NCBI GenBank assembly: GCA_965207445.1
Contig: CBDBLX010000002.1
Span: forward strand, 1,719,849 to 1,783,848
DNA: 64,000 nt
Direction of reading: 5' to 3'
From: Nitrosopumilus sp.
GTDB lineage: Archaea > Thermoproteota > Nitrososphaeria > Nitrososphaerales > Nitrosopumilaceae
Part shown: positions 1-11,189 of the stretch, in pieces
How the letters are laid out: each line of letters opens with the position of its first letter
How positions within the stretch are numbered: the first letter of the stretch is position 1
Translations under genes and position numbers: made by a program
Notes under the pieces: generated by a model
Database searches by the model: none
What the model was told of the DNA's origin: nothing
What the model saw: the letters and a program-made list of their open reading frames with translations, nothing else

Positions 1-100
1 AATTCTAGTGAATATTTTCTCAAAATATGAGTGTGCTGACATCGTTTTTGCACATGAACGTTAAATATACACGTCGTGAGATCTCATTGAGATAGAAAAA

Positions 101-1888
101 ATGAGACCAAAGAGTGTACAACAAAAGATTACTGATTATGAATTTAACCCTGATGGTGTTCAAGATTCAAATGATTTGGGACAAAAACGCCCAAAGTTAG
201 ATCGTCTTAAACGATTTAGAGGATGGTTTACACTAAAACATGACAGGACAGTAAGACTAGCAACATGGATGCAAAAACGTGTCTCATGGAGCAAGGGCGC
301 AGAAAAACGAGGCCAAAAAGCCATGCGTATACTGGAAAAACCAGAGAATATAACGTGCATTAAACCTGGTCATTATGCAGTCAAATCGCAGTCCCAACCA
401 GGTCTGTGGTATGATGTTATCCGGAAATCCACCGGAAGATATGAGTGTAACTGCTTTGATTACGAATACAGAAAAGCTAAATGTAAACACATTTTGGCGG
501 TGACGGCACATGTAGTGGACAATGAAGCAGAAAAAATTATGAAAAACGTATCGGAGACAGACAGTAAAGAGACAAACGTTACAAATCGTTGCACTACCAT
601 TACAGAATATTGTACCAAAAAATACGATGGCGGTGATCAATTACCACACACAGAATCAAAGCAAGAAAAAGATACAGACACACAAACAAAATCTGAATTA
701 TATGATGATAATGATGGTGAACAATTACCACACACAGAATCAAAGCAAGAAAAAGATACAGACACACAAACAAAATCTGAATTATATGATGATAATGGTG
801 GTGATAATGGTGGTGATAATGGTGGTGATAATGGTGGTGATAATGGTGGTGATAATGGTGATAATGAATTTACAGATTCAATTGAGCCTACACACATCTA
901 CCCCATAGATGAAAAACGCCCTCCAAAGTGTAAACACTGCAATAATACACACATAATCAAATATGGGACACAAGAATGGACTGTAAAAGAAACAGGCCAA
1001 AAAAAGAAAGAACAAAGATGGCAGTGTAGTAAAAAAGACGATTGTGGTGCAGTATTTGTATACAGAGCAGGCATGGAACGTATGCGTTGTAGCAAAAAAG
1101 ACGTAGCAGATATGTTAAATGATTATTTCAAAGGACACTCATCACCAGCAATTTCAGACACACTAAAATCCCAAGGACTAGAAAGACATCACACCAGCAT
1201 CCTCAGAACAATTGCAAAATACACCAAAATGATCAATACATACACAATGAACCTACCATTACCAAATCTTGGCGATAGATTTCATGTAGATGAAGTATAT
1301 GTAAAGATAGATAATAAAACGCATTATCTGTTTACTATAATTGACTACAAGACGCGGGTATTGCTTGCAATTGAACTGGGAGGTAAAAAGGATGAATTTA
1401 ATGCAACGAGCCTGTTTACAAATGCCGCAATACGTGCAAATAAGATACCCGTAGAGATTATCAGCGACGATCTTGACTCATACAAAGTTGCATTTAGAAT
1501 TGTATACGCACAACTTAGCCCACTTGATGATCACTGTGAGCACATTTCAGATCCTGATAAAATTACACAATTGCAACGACAAAAAAAGACACAATGTATA
1601 CACAAAGACAAAGCAGGAATAAGCAAAACTCATGACAAGGGAAACAACAATGTCATTGAAAGTTTTAACAATATACAGCGAATCTGTTACAATCCTCGAC
1701 GCGGAATCAAAAGCACAAAATCTACCATAGCCATGGGCTTTAGTGTGTGGTACAACTATGTACGTCCACATGGATCATTAGGAGGTACACCCGCAGAAGC
1801 AGCAGGAATAACAATACACGGCAATAACAAATGGATTACACTCATCGGCAATGCTGGCGTGGCAGCCATGGGAGGAGCAGTGGCCTGA
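101..1888 (+). CDS. IS6-like DDE transposase/integrase with N-terminal SWIM zinc finger and zinc ribbon
   Basis: SWIM motif YECNCFD..KCKH; CKHC..WQC..C ribbon; DDE motifs HVDEVYVK, IISDDL, NNVIESFN; C-terminal YNYVRPH..L.G.TPAEAAG. Confidence 0.8.
   Translation: MRPKSVQQKITDYEFNPDGVQDSNDLGQKRPKLDRLKRFRGWFTLKHDRTVRLATWMQKRVSWSKGAEKRGQKAMRILEKPENITCIKPGHYAVKSQSQPGLWYDVIRKSTGRYECNCFDYEYRKAKCKHILAVTAHVVDNEAEKIMKNVSETDSKETNVTNRCTTITEYCTKKYDGGDQLPHTESKQEKDTDTQTKSELYDDNDGEQLPHTESKQEKDTDTQTKSELYDDNGGDNGGDNGGDNGGDNGGDNGDNEFTDSIEPTHIYPIDEKRPPKCKHCNNTHIIKYGTQEWTVKETGQKKKEQRWQCSKKDDCGAVFVYRAGMERMRCSKKDVADMLNDYFKGHSSPAISDTLKSQGLERHHTSILRTIAKYTKMINTYTMNLPLPNLGDRFHVDEVYVKIDNKTHYLFTIIDYKTRVLLAIELGGKKDEFNATSLFTNAAIRANKIPVEIISDDLDSYKVAFRIVYAQLSPLDDHCEHISDPDKITQLQRQKKTQCIHKDKAGISKTHDKGNNNVIESFNNIQRICYNPRRGIKSTKSTIAMGFSVWYNYVRPHGSLGGTPAEAAGITIHGNNKWITLIGNAGVAAMGGAVA
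625..866 (+). repeat. In-frame tandem repeats inside the transposase: duplicated QLPHTESKQEKDTDTQTKSELYDD block plus a (GGTGGTGATAAT)n array
   Basis: Directly visible repeats encoding the duplicated peptide and (GGDN)n. Confidence 0.9.
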
Positions 1889-2138
1889 GTCTGTACAACC
1901 TTGCCATGTGAATCCAAGGGTCTTGAGCCAGTCATGCAACGACGGTGATATTACGGGACGCATCAATGTCGCACAAGCGACAATGGTAGCAACGTGCAAG
2001 TTACCAACGATTAACGCAGAAGACCCTTATCAACAAAATAACATACATTATATGAGTTTGATAAATCTAGAGTGCTGATTAGCAAAGGTAACACAAGCCA
2101 CAATAATTAAAATAAAAATAGTAAATGAGTTTGCACAT

Positions 2139-2426
2139 TCACTCTAACATTTTAAATGTCAAACGAGTCGGATCAGCGTCCATCAAGGGCCTACCTTGAG
2201 CAAATATAGCATCATGTTCAGGACTGTTATGCATTGCAATAAAAGTATCTTTACTTTCATGCATGAATACTATTCTGTACATATGATTGTTTTGATGCGA
2301 ACAAAAGAGATGTCGTGACTTGAATCCAGGCATCTTTGAGACTACCTCATTTGATGATTTGAACCATTTTTGAAAATCATCATCACATTCATCCTTGACG
2401 CGTATATCTGCCATTACAACAAACAT
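2139..2426 (-). CDS. Antibiotic biosynthesis monooxygenase (ABM)-family protein
   Basis: 95 aa; MFVVM..I.VK....DDF, MPGF...HL, WES-like HESKDTF..MHNSPEH pattern. Confidence 0.7.
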   Translation of the reverse strand: MFVVMADIRVKDECDDDFQKWFKSSNEVVSKMPGFKSRHLFCSHQNNHMYRIVFMHESKDTFIAMHNSPEHDAIFAQGRPLMDADPTRLTFKMLE

Positions 2427-2783
2427 GTTTGGCAGTCTTGTGCATCATTTATTGGTGTTATTATTGAAGATCATCTCAAGTGCTTGTAATTAATTGTCAG
2501 ATAGTTTATCATATATTTTTTAATATTTATTAATTGGTGTAATTGGTCATTATTTTCATGTAAATTAGTACCATGCAATACATTGTTCTAATTATACCAA
2601 TTCCAAATTGAGTAAAAATTCACACAATGATATTTGTCTTATTATATGCCAAGGATCCAAGTGTGCACAAGTATGGTTGAATTACACAAGTATGGTTGAA
2701 TCATACCACATTACCAATGCAGTACCAAACAAAACACAAAAGCAGTAGATACAACTTAATACGTACAAGGGAAATGAACTGTA

Positions 2784-3686
2784 TTGAGTGGAATCGTAAT
2801 TGATGGAATCAAGATAGCTGCTAGTGTAAAGAGTAAAATCAAAGAAAACGTACTTGAACTCCAAAAGAGAGGCATCAAGCCATGCTTGGCGACCATACTA
2901 GTAGGAGATGATGTAGCATCTGTTACATATGTTAAAAAAAAGCATGACGCATGCTTTAATGTTGGAATTTCAACACTAGACCACAGATTAAAAGATAACA
3001 CATCACAAAAAGATCTCAACAAGACAATAGAAGAACTTAACTTGAATCAAAACGTGCACGGAATACTATTGCAATTACCACTGCCAGAGCACCTGAATAG
3101 TACAGAGGCATTATCAAAAATGTCACCTGACAAAGACGTAGATGGTCTCACATCACACAGTATGGGTCTACTTGCAATCGGTGAGGCAAAACTCATACCA
3201 TGTACACCACTTGCCATAATGACCATATTAGAGTATCAAGACATAGACTTGGCAGGAAAAACCATAGTAGTGGTAAATAGAAGCAATCTAATTGGCAAAC
3301 CACTAGTGCACCTCTTATTGAAAAAAGATGCCACGGTTATAGTGTGTCACTCTAAGACAAAAAACATTGAAGAGTTTACACAAATTGCAGATGTTTTGAT
3401 AACTGGAGTAGGAGACAGAACAAGATTTGAGGTGAGACCAAATATGATAAAGGATAATTGTGTTGTGATTGATGTTGCAATATCAAGGTATAATGGCAAG
3501 CTAGTAGGTGATGTAGATTATAAAAAAGCAATCTCAAAGGTATCACATATAACACCAGTGCCAGGTGGAGTAGGTCCGATGACAGTAGCAATGTTATTAC
3601 AAAACACCATAATAGCAGCAGCGAGTATAAATAATGTTGAAATCAAAACCAATATCACAACAAAAGCAAAAACAACAACAAAATAA
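2784..3686 (+). CDS. folD: Bifunctional methylenetetrahydrofolate dehydrogenase/cyclohydrolase
   Basis: GILLQLPLP, KDVDG, PCTP and TPVPGGVGPMTVAMLL motifs. Confidence 0.97.
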   Translation: MSGIVIDGIKIAASVKSKIKENVLELQKRGIKPCLATILVGDDVASVTYVKKKHDACFNVGISTLDHRLKDNTSQKDLNKTIEELNLNQNVHGILLQLPLPEHLNSTEALSKMSPDKDVDGLTSHSMGLLAIGEAKLIPCTPLAIMTILEYQDIDLAGKTIVVVNRSNLIGKPLVHLLLKKDATVIVCHSKTKNIEEFTQIADVLITGVGDRTRFEVRPNMIKDNCVVIDVAISRYNGKLVGDVDYKKAISKVSHITPVPGGVGPMTVAMLLQNTIIAAASINNVEIKTNITTKAKTTTK

Positions 3687-4254
3687 AGAAAAAAAACAGA
3701 TTCGCAACCACATGCTTGAAAAACGAGAATGCACATCAGAGGACTATCTCAATATAGCAACTCGGCAAATATCAAATGCCATACTTGCAAGTAAAGAATT
3801 TACAAATGCAACAAGTATTGGCGCATACTACTCAATAGGAAGTGAGATTCCAACACAAATGCTAATAGTTGAAATGATGAAACGTGGCAAAAATGTATAC
3901 TTGCCAAGAGTAACAAATGAGACAAAGATGGAATTTGCCCTAGTTTTACCCACATCAAAGCTACGATCAAGTAAATTTTTTACAGAAATTATGGAGCCTG
4001 AACCCAAAGCACATGTCACAGATCACATGGACATGATACTAGTACCTGCAATAGCAGCATCATACAACGGATACAGACTAGGATATGGACATGGGTATTA
4101 TGACAGATACTTGACAGAGTATGACAAGATTAAAGACACAGTAATAATTGCATTATTACTTGAAAAACAACTAGTAAAAAAATTACCCGTAGACAAACAC
4201 GACATAAAGACAGATATGATAATAACAGAAAAGAGAACTATTTCGTGTAATTGA
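3634..4254 (+). CDS. 5-formyltetrahydrofolate cyclo-ligase
   Basis: EIPT, YLPRV, ILVPAIA, GYRLGYGHGYYDRYL, HD..D.IITE motifs; follows folD. Confidence 0.93.
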   Translation: MLKSKPISQQKQKQQQNKEKKQIRNHMLEKRECTSEDYLNIATRQISNAILASKEFTNATSIGAYYSIGSEIPTQMLIVEMMKRGKNVYLPRVTNETKMEFALVLPTSKLRSSKFFTEIMEPEPKAHVTDHMDMILVPAIAASYNGYRLGYGHGYYDRYLTEYDKIKDTVIIALLLEKQLVKKLPVDKHDIKTDMIITEKRTISCN

Positions 4255-4278
4255 TCAAAAATATATCCACGATAGTGA

Positions 4279-5769
4279 TTAGTGTGTTATGTTATCAAGG
4301 CTTGTAGCAGAACCAATATCAGAACGATACTCTAAATCACCCTTGACGTGTTTGTCAATGGCATTATTTATCATATCAGATGCATCACATATGGTATCAG
4401 AAGTTGCAGAGAACGCAACAATTCTGGATTTTTTAATTGTGCGATAACTATTCTTGCCAGTGCGTATACATGATGCATAATATGCAACCACACCCAACTT
4501 TTCAATCGCATCATCATCAACCTCAAAGTCAAGTGCATTTGGACTTGGTGATGGATACTCTTTTGCTACCAAATATTTGTTAACACTTGCCTTTTTTGCA
4601 AAAGATACAACGTCACTATACAATGTGCCATCCCACATGCGTACAAGTATCTCTGAGAGTCGAGTATTTAGAACAGATAGTATATTGAGACACTCTGGGT
4701 CGCCAAATCGACTATTAAACTCCATGAATTTGATACCATTTGAAGTTTTAAAGAAACCACCATTGATAACACCAGTAAAGCCAAGTGAGTGAGAGTGCAT
4801 GTCATCAAGTATGCGCTGCATTATGATACGACAGTCATCTAGATCTTTGTCTGACATGAATGGCAGTTTTGAATCTGCATCTGAAAAGCATCCCATACCT
4901 CCAGTTCCAGGGCCATTATCTCCTTGAAATCTATAAGGATAATCATACGTGGCAGGTGACATTACAAGATGTTTGCCATCTGTTAGTCCCATGATGGTAA
5001 ATTCAATACCATTTAGTTTTTCAACAAACAGTACACCGCGTTCATTGTCAGTATTGCTGTTGTAGTTATTGTGACTAGTGTTATGATCGTTGTTGCGGGT
5101 AGCATTATGATCAGTAGCATTATGATCAGTAGCATTATGATTATCAGTATCATGATCAGTAGTATCATGATCAATATCATCACTCAAATTATCATCATCA
5201 TCAAGTAGTTGTGCAGCATAAGATGCACAATCATCATACGTCAAAAGATGCTCTGGCATTACCTTTACACCTTTACCACCGGTCAGTCCTTGTGGTTTTA
5301 CGACCACATTCATGTTGTGAGATTTGAATTCAGATAGCGCAGCATCTATCTGACTTTTTTTATTCACAATGCGATAAAATGGAGTGTATTCTGGACAGAG
5401 TTTACTCATCATTTTGATAGCATATATCTTGTCCCACTCGATGCGTGTAGCTGCTTTTGTGCCCCCAATTGATTTTATTCCTGCAGATAAAAGTGCATCA
5501 ACGACACCATTTGCAAGAGGCTCATCTGCATTTACAAATGCATAATCAATCAAATTAGTACGAGCAAATTCTACAACAGTATCAGGATCACTTGAGTTGC
5601 CAACAAGATACGAGCCACAAGTTTGTTTAATGCATTTTATAATCAGAGGATTCTCATGCGGGATTACTGCATACACCACATGATGCTGTGACGGGTCATT
5701 TGCAAGATCAAGTGCAAATGATGCTTCTCGTCCACCACCACCTATGATGAGAAATCTTTTTTTGTTCAT
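4279..5769 (-). CDS. purD: Phosphoribosylamine-glycine ligase with an internal low-complexity insertion
   Basis: IIGGGGRE, KPQGLTGGKGV, GDNGPGTGGMG, EFNSRFGDPE motifs. Confidence 0.95.
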   Translation of the reverse strand: MNKKRFLIIGGGGREASFALDLANDPSQHHVVYAVIPHENPLIIKCIKQTCGSYLVGNSSDPDTVVEFARTNLIDYAFVNADEPLANGVVDALLSAGIKSIGGTKAATRIEWDKIYAIKMMSKLCPEYTPFYRIVNKKSQIDAALSEFKSHNMNVVVKPQGLTGGKGVKVMPEHLLTYDDCASYAAQLLDDDDNLSDDIDHDTTDHDTDNHNATDHNATDHNATRNNDHNTSHNNYNSNTDNERGVLFVEKLNGIEFTIMGLTDGKHLVMSPATYDYPYRFQGDNGPGTGGMGCFSDADSKLPFMSDKDLDDCRIIMQRILDDMHSHSLGFTGVINGGFFKTSNGIKFMEFNSRFGDPECLNILSVLNTRLSEILVRMWDGTLYSDVVSFAKKASVNKYLVAKEYPSPSPNALDFEVDDDAIEKLGVVAYYASCIRTGKNSYRTIKKSRIVAFSATSDTICDASDMINNAIDKHVKGDLEYRSDIGSATSLDNITH

Positions 5770-6159
5770 ATTTACACCTGCACAGATCAGATCATTTTAC
5801 AAAATTAAACTGGATTTTTCTAATAAAATATTTTGGCACAATTATATTCAAAAAGTTATGCAAGAGTACAACAATAGTATTCAACATGACAATCACTCCT
5901 CTAATTTTGAGTAAATACAATGATCAATTAAAAAACTCAATTTCAATATTAAAACTCCTAGCTCATTATTTATATTTATTATGTGAATTATTAATTAGTC
6001 ACATAATTAGAATCTAAAAATATAGTGTTGATCAGCAACACCAAAGATCTAATTGGTGTTGTTAATTTGTTGCAAGTTGGTGATTTTTGGAGCAGCCAGC
6101 AATACACAGAAGTATATGAAAATACTAACTTTATAATGCTACAAATCAGAAAAACAATC

Positions 6160-9100
6160 ATGAAATTTGCTCAGAAATATGATGCAAAAGAGATAGAGTC
6201 CCAAGTCAGGGCATACTTGCAAGGGCAAGATATGCATGAGCAGATACGTACTAGCAACAGAGAGAAAAAGGCAAGATTCATCGAAGGTCCACCTACTATG
6301 AACGGTTCGCCTCATGCAGGACATTTGCGAGGCAGGGTGATCAAAGACTTGTGGTACAGATTCAACACGCTACGTGGAATGCACATAGAATTTAATGGTG
6401 GGTGGGATACACAAGGACTACCAATCGAATTACAGGCAGAAAAAGATCTTGGTGTGACAGGAGGCAAGACACAGGCAATACAACAATTTGGAGTAGAACG
6501 TATAGTATCAGAGTGTAAAAAGATCGTATCAAAGTACACAAAGGAATGGATTATAGTAGATAGTCTTCTTGGAATATCACTTGATCATAGAAGCGCATAC
6601 AGGACATTTGATGACTCATTTATTGAACGAGAATGGAAGATTCTCAAGTCTGCAAAAGAGTTGCACGCAGTACGAGAAGATTATACAGTAATCGCATACT
6701 GCCCGAGTTGTCAGACATCCCTGAGTCATGCAGAGGTGGGACAAGGATACAAAGAGACTACTGACCCATCATTATACTATACAGTCAGATTAGAGATGGA
6801 TAGTGTAAAAGATAGCAAAGTTGGTGGTGGTGATGGTGGTGATGGTGGTAGTGATGGTGGTGATGGTGGTAGTGATGGTGGTGATGGTGGTAGTGATGAT
6901 AATGACAATAATCACAGCGATAATTATGGTGATAAACACGGCAGTCACAACAACAACAACAACAACAACAACAACACACACCTAATTGTATGGACTACAA
7001 TGCCATTTACACTCATCACAGATGCAATGGTAGGTGTTCATCCAGACGAAGAATACATGCACATAAAAATTGACAGTACAGACAAGATACTAGTAGTAGG
7101 AAAGACAAGATTAGAAGGATTCCTAGCAGAGATAAAAGCAGAATCATATGAGATCATAAAAAGTGAAAAAGGCTCAGAGATGGATGGTAGAAACTATAAC
7201 CACCCATTACGACACATGATACCAGGTCTTGATGCGGCACTAAAGAGAAATCTTGACACATATCACAAAGTTATAGCCGATGATTTTGTTGATGTGAATA
7301 CGGGAAGTGGTCTTGTGCATATTGCACCTGCAAATGGTGAAGAAGACATTAGGATAGCAAATGAGCGTAAAGTGGAGATATTCTCACCGATTGATGATGA
7401 AGTAAAATTTACACAAGATGCAGGTGACAGATACGCAGGAGTGTTTGTGAGGGATGCGGACCGCATGATAGTAGAGGATCTAAGAGAGCATGGATCACTG
7501 ATCAAGATAGGTAAGATAAAGCACAATTATCCCCATTGTTGGCGTTCTGGCCACGCACTTGTGTGGTTGGCTCGCAGAGGTTTCTTTTATGATACCAAAG
7601 TAATAGGCGAGAATACGACTATTGCTGCTCAAAATGTAGAATACTTTTTTGAGCAACCAAAAAACCGCTTTTTATCAATAATAAATGACAGACATCCATG
7701 GTGTATATCAAGGGAGCGTGTATGGGGATGCCCCCTACCAGTATGGAAATGCAATGACTGCTCAGAGGCCACATGGTTTTACTCACGCGATGAGATTGTG
7801 AGTAATTCAATATATCTGCCTGATGGCAAAGACTTTGAGCTTCACAAGCCATGGATCGATAACATAAAGGTACGATGCAAAGACTGTGGAGGTGTAAATA
7901 CTACAAGAGAAGATTATGTACTTGATACATGGCACAATAGTGGCTCTGCGCCATGGTCGTCACTAGATGACCAGCAATATCAAAGCGACATACCAGTGCC
8001 ATTTCTCACAGAAGGAATTGATCAGACAAGAGGATGGGCATACACATTGTTGCTTGAGAGTGTAATATTAAAAAAAGACGCCATAGCCCCATACAAGTCG
8101 TTTTTGTTTCAAGGACACGTACTAGATGAAAATGGGCAAAAGATGAGCAAGAGTAAAGGAAATGTACTAGACGGGATGGATATGCTAATAAAATATCCAG
8201 CAGATACAATACGACTATACTTTATGTGGAAGGCATCTCCAATAGAACCGCTGAGTTTTAGTACAAAAGAGATGATGTCAAGGCCCCACCAGATACAAAG
8301 TACATTGTATAACCTACATCTATACCATATGCAGAACAGTATATATGATGAGTTTGATAAAAATATACACACCATAAAATGGGCTAGAGAGAAAAATATG
8401 CTAAAAGAGCCAGACTTTTGGCTAGTCTCAAAACTTCAACATTTAATCAATACAGTCACGGACTTGAATACAAGATGTAGATTTCACGAAGCCGCAAGGG
8501 CACTTGACGATTATATTGTAAATGTGTTCAGTCAGATATACGTTAGAATGACAAGAAGTGAGATATGGAATGAAGATGAGCAAAACAGAGACAGAAGGCT
8601 TGCCATATATGCAGTCTTGTACCACACATTGCATTCACTTGATGTGATGATGCACCCATTGTGCCCCCATATTACAGAGTACTTGTGGCAGACAGTAATA
8701 TGTGAAACTGAAAAACAAAACAGCATACTACTTGAAGCATGGCCAACGTATGATCATAGCATGGTGAACTCAAAACTAGAGAGTTCATTTGATTTTATGA
8801 CCAAAATAATATCAGCGTGTAGCGCAGCACGTATGACAAAAAAACTAAAGGGTAGATGGCCACTAGATGAGGCAATCATATGTGTAGAATATGGCCAAAA
8901 ACAGAGAATAATACCACTAACAGATATGCTCAGAGAACAGATAAACGTTGAGAAAATATCCATAATAGAACTCAAAAATATGAATAAAAAGAATACAGCA
9001 CATGCAATAGAGCTCATAAATTCAAACATGCCAATTACAACAACAGCACAAATAAACGGAAAGAGTGCAGGTCCAAAGGCAAAGCAGCACATGTCAAAGA

Positions 9101-9711
9101 TGATGCAACTATTTCAAGGTATATCACCAAAAAATATAACACAAGAACTCTACAAGTCAGGCATATACAACATGAGAATATCAGATGATGTAATCATAAG
9201 TCTTGATGAGGATGATATTTTTGTAGGGTATGAGCCCACACAAGGGTTTGCAATGGCAGTGAAGAGGGACAATGCAACATCAAACAATCAGAGAGTTCGT
9301 GATGGTGAGGAGGGTGGTGGTAAACATGGCAATGAGGATAGAAAACGATATGATGCAGATGATCACAATAGCAACAATAATAGCAACAATAACAGCAACT
9401 ACACAGAAAGCGACTCATGTGTAGTATTTCTGAGCACATCACGAAACAGAGAGTTAACTGCCAGAGGACTCGTAAAAGACATTGCAAGAAGACTACAGTC
9501 CCTACGAAAGAGTAGAGGGTACAATCCAACTGACATACTAGACCAAGCATCCATACTAGATTTGACAGATGAGCAACAAAGTATGCTTGCAGACAAGGTA
9601 AGTGATCTGACATTTTTAGTTAGAGTAAAAAAGATAAGCTTTGAGCAAACTTGCACAAAATACGACAACGATGAGATCGACGAACAAAAGATAAGAATAT
9701 CTGTGGAATAG
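6160..9711 (+). CDS. ileS: Isoleucyl-tRNA synthetase (start at MKFAQKY likely; 6136 possible)
   Basis: GPPTMNGSPHAGH (HIGH-like), GWDTQGLPIE, WTTMPFTL, EGIDQTRGW, KMSKS. Confidence 0.96.
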   Translation: MKFAQKYDAKEIESQVRAYLQGQDMHEQIRTSNREKKARFIEGPPTMNGSPHAGHLRGRVIKDLWYRFNTLRGMHIEFNGGWDTQGLPIELQAEKDLGVTGGKTQAIQQFGVERIVSECKKIVSKYTKEWIIVDSLLGISLDHRSAYRTFDDSFIEREWKILKSAKELHAVREDYTVIAYCPSCQTSLSHAEVGQGYKETTDPSLYYTVRLEMDSVKDSKVGGGDGGDGGSDGGDGGSDGGDGGSDDNDNNHSDNYGDKHGSHNNNNNNNNNTHLIVWTTMPFTLITDAMVGVHPDEEYMHIKIDSTDKILVVGKTRLEGFLAEIKAESYEIIKSEKGSEMDGRNYNHPLRHMIPGLDAALKRNLDTYHKVIADDFVDVNTGSGLVHIAPANGEEDIRIANERKVEIFSPIDDEVKFTQDAGDRYAGVFVRDADRMIVEDLREHGSLIKIGKIKHNYPHCWRSGHALVWLARRGFFYDTKVIGENTTIAAQNVEYFFEQPKNRFLSIINDRHPWCISRERVWGCPLPVWKCNDCSEATWFYSRDEIVSNSIYLPDGKDFELHKPWIDNIKVRCKDCGGVNTTREDYVLDTWHNSGSAPWSSLDDQQYQSDIPVPFLTEGIDQTRGWAYTLLLESVILKKDAIAPYKSFLFQGHVLDENGQKMSKSKGNVLDGMDMLIKYPADTIRLYFMWKASPIEPLSFSTKEMMSRPHQIQSTLYNLHLYHMQNSIYDEFDKNIHTIKWAREKNMLKEPDFWLVSKLQHLINTVTDLNTRCRFHEAARALDDYIVNVFSQIYVRMTRSEIWNEDEQNRDRRLAIYAVLYHTLHSLDVMMHPLCPHITEYLWQTVICETEKQNSILLEAWPTYDHSMVNSKLESSFDFMTKIISACSAARMTKKLKGRWPLDEAIICVEYGQKQRIIPLTDMLREQINVEKISIIELKNMNKKNTAHAIELINSNMPITTTAQINGKSAGPKAKQHMSKMMQLFQGISPKNITQELYKSGIYNMRISDDVIISLDEDDIFVGYEPTQGFAMAVKRDNATSNNQRVRDGEEGGGKHGNEDRKRYDADDHNSNNNSNNNSNYTESDSCVVFLSTSRNRELTARGLVKDIARRLQSLRKSRGYNPTDILDQASILDLTDEQQSMLADKVSDLTFLVRVKKISFEQTCTKYDNDEIDEQKIRISVE

Positions 9712-9740
9712 CTTTTATTGGAACATTTCAGAAATCACAC

Positions 9741-10382
9741 ATGGCAAAAGCAAAATCAAGCAGTGCTTCAAAGTCAAAAAATACGAAAACTAAATCTTCA
9801 AAGCAAGATACACCAAATGTCATTGGCGTGACTGTGCTTGCCAAGAATGGTCTTGATGTAGAAAAACTGCTAAAAGAGCTGATAAAAAACGCCGCAGTAG
9901 AGTTCACAGCATACTATTACTTTACCAACTTGAGGGCTCACTGTACAGGAATGGAAGGAGAAGGACTAAAGGGCATAATAGAAGATGCAAGACTAGAGGA
10001 TCTCAGTCACTTTGAGTCATGCATTGAGCGCATATATCAACTCGGAGGTACATTGCCCAATGATGCAACAGAGTTCATAAGAATTTCGGGTTGTGACTTT
10101 TTAAAGCTGCCACCAAACCCAACTGATCACAAGTCCATACTTGAAAAATGCCTCAAAGCAGAACAAGGTGCAATAGTCAACTGGAATAACATATGTAATA
10201 TGACATTTGGCAAAGATCCTGCAACATATGACATTGCAAAGGATATACTAGCAGAAGAGATCGAGCACGAGTCATGGTTTCTAGAGTTGTTGTATGGCAG
10301 ACCATCAGGTCATATGAGACGCAAGTATTCAGGTGAGCGACCACATACTAGAAAACACTCACGTGCATTAGATATGGTTTAA
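9741..10382 (+). CDS. Dps-like (DPSL) ferritin-superfamily protein
   Basis: EFTAYYY, ARLEDLSHFE..RIYQLGG, EEIEHESWF..GRPSGH di-iron motifs. Confidence 0.9.
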   Translation: MAKAKSSSASKSKNTKTKSSKQDTPNVIGVTVLAKNGLDVEKLLKELIKNAAVEFTAYYYFTNLRAHCTGMEGEGLKGIIEDARLEDLSHFESCIERIYQLGGTLPNDATEFIRISGCDFLKLPPNPTDHKSILEKCLKAEQGAIVNWNNICNMTFGKDPATYDIAKDILAEEIEHESWFLELLYGRPSGHMRRKYSGERPHTRKHSRALDMV

Positions 10383-10679
10383 TGTACATATAATGTACAC
10401 TTTCTTTTTTATTAATTATAACGAGTAATATTTTATGTCTATAGATGCTCAAATTCTGGCATAGCAAGTAAAATAGAGAAAAGAAAGTAGGCAAGATTTA
10501 CTAGGATTAATAAGAGTCAAAGTGCACATATATGCCCTCAATATTTTACAGGTGTAAAGACGTCTGCCAAAAATTCTCTTGTTTTATTTTTTTTGTGGGT
10601 GTGGTAAAAATTATGAGTGGTGTTACAAGCAGCATACAAATCCGATCAGTGTTAAATAGAAAAAAAGACATGTATTCAC

Positions 10680-11081
10680 ATGGGAAAACAAGTCAACCTT
10701 GACACATGGCAGACACAACGCCTACAAGAACTGCTTCAGATGGGATCTGAGATTGTATCAAAGACTGACAGATCAATAATACTATACAGACAAACACTAG
10801 AAGAAGAAGACGGATGTTATGAGGAGATCGTCTGTACATTAACTACTGGATATATCATAGAGCAGATAGTGACATCAGGGGGCATGTTGGTTCCAAGTTT
10901 TCGATGTCAGGTTATATACAAAATACCTGATTATCCAAAAGTGCTTTTAGGACAGAGTAAAGACAGATTCAGAGAGGTTACAGTCAGATTAGAAGAGCAA
11001 CTAGGATTACATGATGATGATGATGATAAAAAAGGGGAGGAAAACGATGAAGAGAAAATCAATTTAAAAGTGACAAGATAG
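10680..11081 (+). CDS. Hypothetical protein (thaumarchaeal-type)
   Basis: 133-aa ORF with typical codon usage and an upstream TTAAATA box. Confidence 0.75.
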   Translation: MGKQVNLDTWQTQRLQELLQMGSEIVSKTDRSIILYRQTLEEEDGCYEEIVCTLTTGYIIEQIVTSGGMLVPSFRCQVIYKIPDYPKVLLGQSKDRFREVTVRLEEQLGLHDDDDDKKGEENDEEKINLKVTR

Positions 11082-11189
11082 TAAACATACAACATAAAAA
11101 CAGATAGCCGCGATCATAAAAACTAGCCAAACACCATAAAAAATTATTACGTCACAGTTATTAAATATCGCATTTAATTTGAAACGAAT

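Noticed and set aside
2666..2701. 17-bp direct repeat upstream of folD as an operator
   Set aside because: Indistinguishable from the many local duplications; no supporting evidence.
6785..6981. Poly-Cys/His and poly-Val/Thr ORFs
   Set aside because: Antisense translations of the microsatellite inside ileS.
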